From NCBI GenBank assembly GCA_050613775.1, contig JBODTK010000001.1, positions 744,001 through 808,000 of the forward strand: 64,000 bases of DNA, read 5' to 3'. The first letter of the stretch is position 1. The number at the start of each line of letters is the position of its first letter. Shown here one piece after another: positions 55,681 through 64,000 of the stretch. The notes below the pieces were generated by a model that was not told the origin of the DNA, ran no database searches, and saw only the letters and a list, made by a program, of their open reading frames with translations. The stretch comes from Neocallimastix sp. 'constans' (Eukaryota). The position numbers and the translations under genes were made by a program.

Positions 55681-58600
55681 CATTTTCATCATATAAAAAA
55701 TTTTTTATTTTTTTTTATTTCTATCTATTATATATAAATAATAAATAATAATTAATAATTAATAAATATATAAATATATAAATGTAATAAATATAAATAT
55801 ATAAATATACTAATATATAAATATATAAATAATAAATAATAATTAGAATAGAATATAGAAAATATGAATTGATACTTTTCAATTTGTTGTTTTTATTAAC
55901 TAAATATAATAATAATTCATATTTTTATATTTGGTTGATTATAATTATATATATTGTGACGTGACTGGTTTTAAATGCATATAAATAAATAAACGCATAA
56001 CTATTAACCATAAATATAAACAAATATATATATAAATAATAAATATATATAAATATGTAAATATTAAAATATAAATAAATATAAATATTAAATATTAAAT
56101 ATTAAAAATTAAACTTTATTTCATATCATTAAAATAAATTTTTTTTTTATATTAAATATCATGAGCAAAGTTAAAATAAATGAATGACTCGTTTTTTTTT
56201 TTATTTATTTATTATTAATTATTATTAATATTAAATAATAATATTATTATTATTAATAACATGTAATTTCTATAATAATAATAATAGTAGTAAAATTAAT
56301 ACAATAATTATAATTTTTATTAATAGAATGCAATTTAATGATTTATATCTCTTCATGATATTACGTAGAATCGTTCTTATGATATTTGATACATATTAAT
56401 TTCATTTCAAATATTTTTATATTTTTTATATATTTATAGTTTTATATTTTTATATTTTATTTTATTATTTATTATCTTGTTTTATATTTTATTTTTATTT
56501 GTTAAACTAACCATAATCTCACATTTTAATAAAAAAAAAAAAAAAAGAAAAAATAAGAAAAATAATTTTATTCTTTTATGTTACCATTTATTATTTATTT
56601 ATTATTCAATTATTTATTATTTATTATTTATTAATAAATATTCTAATTATTATTATTTTTTAATTATCATATTTTTTTTTTTCTATTTAAAATTTTATAA
56701 TAATATTAATAATCAATAAATATTAAAAAATAGATTAAACTTTTTTTTTTCATATTTGAAATTGTTTATTTTATTTTTCATATGAAGATTAATTATAATA
56801 ATGATGTTATATTTAAATAAATAAATAAATAATTAATTAAAGACTATATATAAAGAAAAATAAGGAAAATGTGAAGCGTCATCTGTATCATCATCATCAT
56901 CATTTTTTTTTTCCTTTTTAATTTCCTTATAGAAAAAAAAAAAGATAGTCTTTTTGACAAACGTCATAAAAAATTCTTTCTATTGTATTGCTATGGAATG
57001 TTAGTTTCAATTCTTCTACAAAAGGTTGTATTAAATGAAACTTATTAAAGTAAATAAAATTTTTAAACTTAAGATTAAATTTTAAAGTAAAAATTAAAAT
57101 TTTTAAAATAAAAATTAAATTTAAAAATAAAAATTAAAATTTAAAAGTAAAAATTAAAATTAAAATTAAAAGTAAAAATTAAACTAAAATTAGATTTATT
57201 CTTTTATTATTCAATTATTTATATTTTATTATTCAATTATTTATCGTTTATTATTCAATTATTTTTAATTATTTTTAATTTTATATTTTTTCTTTTTCTT
57301 TAAATGATTTATTTAATTATACCCATTTCATGCTTTATTAAAAAAAAATTTTTTTTTATTTTCATTTCAACCAAATTAAAATATTAAAAATGAATTTATG
57401 ATTTAAAATCTATAAAATATTCCTATAAAAGTTTAATTGATATTAAAAAGTTTAAACTTTTATTTTAAGCAATACTAAATAAAAGAAAAGAATGAAAAAA
57501 AATTCAAAACTAGTTTTGAATTTTTATTCATTCTTTTCTTTTTTTTTTTTTTTTTTTTTTAAATTATATATTAATATTTATTATATAAATAAAAGAAAAA
57601 GTAAAAAAAAAAAAAAGGTATATTATTAATAATTATTATTTATCTTTCAAGGATTAGGATGCTTTTTTTTTTTACTAGTATAAAATAAAAAAAGTTTAAT
57701 TTATTTTTTATGATGGTAATAAATCTATTTTATTTCTATTTATCCTTTTTTTTTTATTATTATTAAATTAATATATATAAATTAATATATATATATTAAT
57801 ATAAATTAATATATATATATATATAAATATATATAAATTTATCTTTAATAAAATATTCAACATAAACATAAATATATTAAAATAAACATATTCATAAACA
57901 TCCTAAATATTTATAAAAGTATGATATAATGATTATTAATTATTTATATCATCATTTTTTTTTTAATTAAAAGAGGACTTTATTTATTTATTTAAATATT
58001 ATTATTTTATTATTATTTTATATATTTATTAAAATAATAATAAATAAATTAACAAATAATAAATAATAAAAAAAAAAAGATAGTACCTTTTTTTTTTTTT
58101 TTTAAATGAAATAATTTATCTTTTATTTATTTTTTATTTTTATTTAATTTTTATTTAATAAAATAGAATAAAATGATAAATTAATAATATTTTAATTACT
58201 AAAGTTAAAAGAAAAAAAAAAAAATAAAAATAAAAATAAAAATAAAATAAAATAATATTTAAAAGAATTTTTATTTTAAAAGAGCTTAAATATAATTGTT
58301 GTAGAATATAAATTTTTAAAATATTACAATTATTATATTATTATTTATTATTTTTTTTTATTACTAACTAAAAATATCATTCCTATTTATACATAGCTAC
58401 ATTATTGTTTCTTTAATATAATTAAAAAAAATTTTTTTCTTATAATATGTTTCTGTTTTCCTTTTTCCTTTTTTTTTTAATTTTTACTATAAGAGATATT
58501 AAATTACTCATACTATTTATCTTTATTAAATTTATATTGAATTTTTTTTTTTTTTTTTATTAAAAGAAGTAATTAAAAAAAAAAAAAAAAGATAAAAGAT

Positions 58601-61600
58601 GAGATGTTATGGTAGAGAATGAAGTAATAATAATAATAATAAAAAAAAGAGAGAGATGTTATGGTAGAGAAGAGGAAGTAATTAAAAAGTGAGAAAGAAT
58701 TATTCATTTTTCATTAAACTAAATTAATAATAAATTAAGTGAAGAGTCATCGTCCATAGAATTTACTTTATAAAGATATTTAATAAACGTTTTTTTTTTT
58801 TTTTTTTTTAATATATATATATTTATTTATTTATTTTTTAATATTATATTTTTTATATTATTTTTTTATATTATTTTTTAATATTTATATTTATTGATTT
58901 ATCATTATTATTCATATTCATTCATATTCATTCATATTCATATTTATTAATATTATTATTCATTTTTAATATTCATATTTATTATTATTATTCCTGATAT
59001 TATTTTTTTTTATTAATCATACTTGATTATTATTAATTATAAATTAAAAAAAATTCTTAATTTTTTAAATCCTATAATTATTATTATTATTATTATTATT
59101 TTATTTAATAATAATCTTTTTTTGAAGATTTAAATTTTTTAATTTAAATAGGATTAAAACTTTATTTTCTATTAAAAATTGAGCAATTTTTTTTCTCTTT
59201 TTTCTTTTTCTTTTCTTTTCCTTTAAATTTTGGTCATTTTTTTTTTATTAATGTCCTTTTATACCATCATCATTATTTTTTTTTATTTTTGATATTATTT
59301 ATATTTGATATTATTTATGTTTGATATTATTTATATTTGATATTATTTATATCTCTATAAAAATGGATCAATATAATTTATAATGAATAATTTATTATTA
59401 TATAATTAAAAGTCCTTTTTAAATAAGCAAAATCTTTTTTCATAGTTTATTATTTGATGATGATTAATGGTTAACTTCATATGTATATTTATTTTTTTAT
59501 TTTATTTTTAATTATTTAATTATTTTTTTATATACAATTTATTTTTAATTGGATCATATATAGATTAATATATATAATGTATATATTAATGTACATATAA
59601 TTTATGAGTATAAAATTAAAATTAAAATTAAAATTAAAATATAAATTTTTTGTACGAATGTAAATTAATATAAATAACTATAAATTAATATAAATTTGGA
59701 TTCCATTTGAAATTATTTATTAAAAAAATATAAAATAAATATAAAAAAAATAAATATAAAAAAAATAAATAAAAAAAAATTAAAAAAAAAAAAAAAATTA
59801 AAAAAAAAAAAAAAATTAAAAAAAAAAAAAAAATTAAAAAAAAAAAAAAAAAGTCACCACACCCAAAATTTTTTTTTCTTTTATATTAAATTAAAAAAGT
59901 TTAATTTATATTAAAATTAAAACATGCTAAATAATTAAAAATAAAAAAAAAATAAAAAAAAAATAAAAAATAAAAAAAATAAAAAAAATAAAAAATAAAA
60001 ACTTTTTTATCTTTTTATTTTTTTTTTATTTTTTTTTATTGTTATTCTATTCTATTTTATTCTAGTTTGGCTGGTTTGATTGACAATTTCATTCTTTAAT
60101 TTCAACTGAAAAATAGGAGCCAGTGTTGATGGCTATGCCTTTTGCTCTAAATATTTTATATATATAAGAACAATCTAACTTTTTTTTTTTTTCTTTTGAA
60201 ATATTACTGGGCCTCCTTAAACTTTGAAAAAAAAAAAAGTCTTTTCTTTTTTAATATTGATATATTATCTATTAAAATATATTATATGGTTTTAATTAAT
60301 TCTTGTCTCTATATATATATATCATAAATATATTAATATATAAATAATAAATAATGGAATAATTGAATAAATAATAAATAATAAATAATTGAATAATAAA
60401 TAATAAAAAGTGTAATGAATAAATGAATAAATGAATAAATGAATGAATGAATGTCATTATTGTAAATGTAAATCAGTAATGAATAAATGAATGGATGAAT
60501 GTCATTATTGTAAATGTAAATCAGTATTGAATGTATTTAATATGGATATTAGGAAATTAATCAAATATAAATTATTAGATATCATGACTGCAAGTACAAA
60601 TATTGTGATTATTATGGAAAATAGTTTTTATTTTTTTTAATAGTACAATAGAAAAAATAGAAAAAAAAAATAGTAAAAAATAGAAAATAAAAATAGTAAA
60701 GAATAGAAAAATAGAAAATATATACAAATAAATAAATAAACAAAACAAAAAGAAAAGAAAAAGGCAAATTATTATGCTTTTTTTTTTTTCTTAAATATTC
60801 TTTTATTCAAGTATAGAATAGAAAAAAAAAATTATTTTTTTTTTCTTTAAATATCATAATTATTCTTAAATAGTTAGTTCTTTTAAATGATAAAGAGATC
60901 GATAGTTCACGAGAAAGAGAGTGAGAGAGAAAAAAAAAAAAAATAAAAAGAATAAAAAGAATAGAAAGAATAGAAAATAAATAATAAATAATAAAAAATA
61001 GAGAACAAAAAGTTATAATATAAAAAATTCATTATTATTATTATTATTTTTTTAATAATATAATATAATAAAATTAAAATTTTTTTAAAAAAAACCGTTG
61101 CTCTCCTTTTGCTTGTCATTAAATGGCAACTGCTAATCAAGTGCAATCAATAAAATTAAAATAGTAAATCTTAATGGTTTTTTTTTTTTTCAAGATATAA
61201 AGAATTCTATATATTAATAGAAACTTTATTCATTTCTTTTCTTTTTTATTTAGAATATAATAAATCTTTATTATAATAAAAGAAAAAAAAAAAGATTAAT
61301 AAATATAAAGAAAAGATAAAAAAAAAAAAAGATTAAAAAAGATTCTTTAATTAATTAATCATAGGTCCTTCTCCATAATAATTATAATTATTATAAATAT
61401 TTAAAATTCTTAAAAATCATTAATAAATTATTTCTTGGTTAAATTACTATTGTTTTTAACTATTATTAATTACTTTTTATTATTATTAACTATTATTAAC
61501 TATTATTAACTATTATTAATTACTATTAATTATTAATTATTAATTATTATTATTATTTTTAGTTGTGAGGTTTTTTTTTTTTTTTTTTTTTTTATTTTTT

Positions 61601-61889
61601 TTAATCTTTTCATTCGCTTTTTCACTCTCTTTTTCATTCGCTTTTTCGCTCTTCACACTTTTTCTCTCTTTTTTTTCAATATTAATTTTTTTAATTTAAA
61701 TAAGGTTTTAATACTATTTACTATTTTTTAAATCTTATTTTATAATAAAATGATTTTCTATTTCAACAAACAATTGAGTAATTAAAAAAAAAAAAAAATC
61801 ATTTTCAATAATTTTTAATCAAAGTAATGACTATTAATTCTATAATCAAATTAGACTAAGTTGGTATAATTATTAAAATGATTTAAAAT

Positions 61890-61922
<33 letters not shown>

Positions 61923-64000
61923 TAATATAAAAAATTTATAAAACTTTATAATCATTATAGTAATATATAAATTATATAATTATATATAATTATAGTAATA
62001 TATAAATTATATATGATAAAATATTAAGTAGTGGTATAATGATTAATAATAAAGTGATTAATAAAATATATCGAAATTATATCGAAATTATGTAGTACGA
62101 TTTATTACTATATATTATATAATATATTATATAATTTAAATATTTATATTCCTTCTTATATATTATTATTACCTCCTTTTTAGAAATGACTAATTTTTTT
62201 TTTTTTGTTTTTTTTTTTGTTTTCTTTTTTCCAAAAATTAAAAAAAGTTGATATAAACTTTATTAATTAATAAACATTATTAATTAATCAACATTATAAT
62301 ATATATTCCATTTTATATTTTAATATATATTATTTATTATAGTTCATCATATATTTTTGTATTTTATTATTTATTTTTATTTTTATTCTTTTTATTCATT
62401 TATTTATTATTAAATAAACTTTATTTATTATATATTTTATTTTATTTTATTTACTATGAATTGTTCCATATATTATTTTATATTATAAATATTATTAAAT
62501 GTAAAGAAAAAATTGGAATAGGATAGATATATATTGGACTTATAGTTTATTTAAAATAAATTATAATATAATAAATAATATAATACAATATATAAATGAT
62601 TATTAAAAATGTTTATTATTATTATTATTATTAATGAAATACTGAATATATTATGTAATATATTGTATAATATATAAAATGTATATAAGTTGTAGTTTTC
62701 TCTTAACACATTAAATTAAATTAAATAGATTCATTAAGAGTATAATAATACAAAAAAAAAAGAGAAATAAAATTTAATAAGAAATGAAATTTTTGAGATT
62801 AATATAAATAGAACTAAAAAATTCTCTTTTTTTTTTTTTTTTTTTATCAATTTTAATTTCAAACATAATTCACAAAAAATAATTTCCTTTTTTTTTTTTT
62901 TATTATCATTTTAAATTTTCATAAATAATAATATTTTCAATTTGAAACGTTGAAAATGTTATAAAAAAAAAAAAATTGTTTTATACTAAAAAAAAAATTA
63001 TTTAATTTTAAAGGACTTTTTTCTTTTTCAATTGTTTTTTTATTTTTTTTTTATTAATTCTTATGTATAATAACTTGATGTTATTATATGTATATTAAGA
63101 AGTGAAAAAAAAAAAAAAAATAATTGGAAAAAAGTTCTTAAACATTTTTTAAAAATGCTTTTTTTTTTTTTTAAAAAAAAAATTAATAATTATTTTAATT
63201 AATTATTAATGAAAGTATATTTACTTTCATATAAATATTTCTAAGAGGGCTCTTATAATCCTTTTTTTTTTATTATGAAAAGAAAAAAAATAATAATGAT
63301 ATAATATATTTTTACTTAATTTTTTAGTTGCTAGTTCAGCTAAAAAATTATTGTAAAGTATTATAATTATTATTTTTTATTAAAAAAGAAAGTATTTCAA
63401 TATTATTTTTATTATTATTAATGCTAATAGTAATAATAGAAATAATAGAAATATAATTTCCTTTTTTATTAAAAGAAAAGAAAAGAAGAAAGGTAATTTT
63501 TTTTAATACAAGAGTTATTTCTCTGGAAATATATATACTTAATATAACCATGAAAAATATATTTTAAAAATTTGTAATTTTTATAAATATATTATTTATG
63601 GAATTAAGTGATGTATATTGTAAAAAAAATTTTTATATATATAACAAAAAAAAAATAATGCGTATATTCACTACTTTTAATTTAATATCTACAAAAGTTG
63701 ATCTTTTGGTTTAATACTACTTTCTAATTAATGAAGAAGAAGAAGAAGAAGAAGAAAAAAAAAGGAATAATTAACTGGTTTTAAGGATTCTTTTTTTTTT
63801 TTATTTTTTTTAAAAAAATAATGAAATAAAAACACAAAGGTTGATCTTTTGGTTAGTTTTTATTGTATTTTTAATTAAAATATAATAAAACTATTTTTAT
63901 TTTTCTAATAATTTATTTTATTATTATTGAAATAGTAAAAAAAAAAAATTAATAAAGAAAAAAAAATTTTTTTAGGCTAGTACTAAAGCATTTTTTTCTT

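Noticed and set aside
54658..63551. Short ORFs in the distal region
   Set aside because: F/I/K/L-biased products of poly-A/T sequence with no motifs, some with non-ATG starts.
58595..63860. Local doublets (gagatgttatggtagagaa, aatgtcattattgtaaatgtaaatcagta, gttgatcttttggtt)
   Set aside because: Ordinary short tandem duplications, which are common throughout this window.

Overview
Extremely AT-rich eukaryotic DNA with GT-AG introns. Composition and gene content point to an anaerobic gut fungus (Neocallimastigomycota); this is an inference. Genes: the 3' part of a very large Asn-rich ORF, a 4-exon NNT1/EFM7-type methyltransferase, a secreted M35 (aspzincin) metalloprotease, and a cluster of four signal peptide-CBM1-linker-GH6 cellobiohydrolase genes (one divergent, three tandem), each with one intron inside CBM1 that the ORF track misses. 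The GH6 linkers are variable-copy Asn/Gln/Pro-Trp repeats (NPWG/NPWE), and the same NPWG motif occurs in the neighbouring protease. Mobile elements: a Mutator (MULE) element with an exact 9-bp TSD and a disrupted transposase, nested in a second MULE-like remnant; three MULE-type MITEs; and a LINE RT relic. After about 46 kb there is an 18-kb gene-free stretch, preceded by a GC-rich island that looks like an unclassified structured RNA and containing a large degenerate palindrome.
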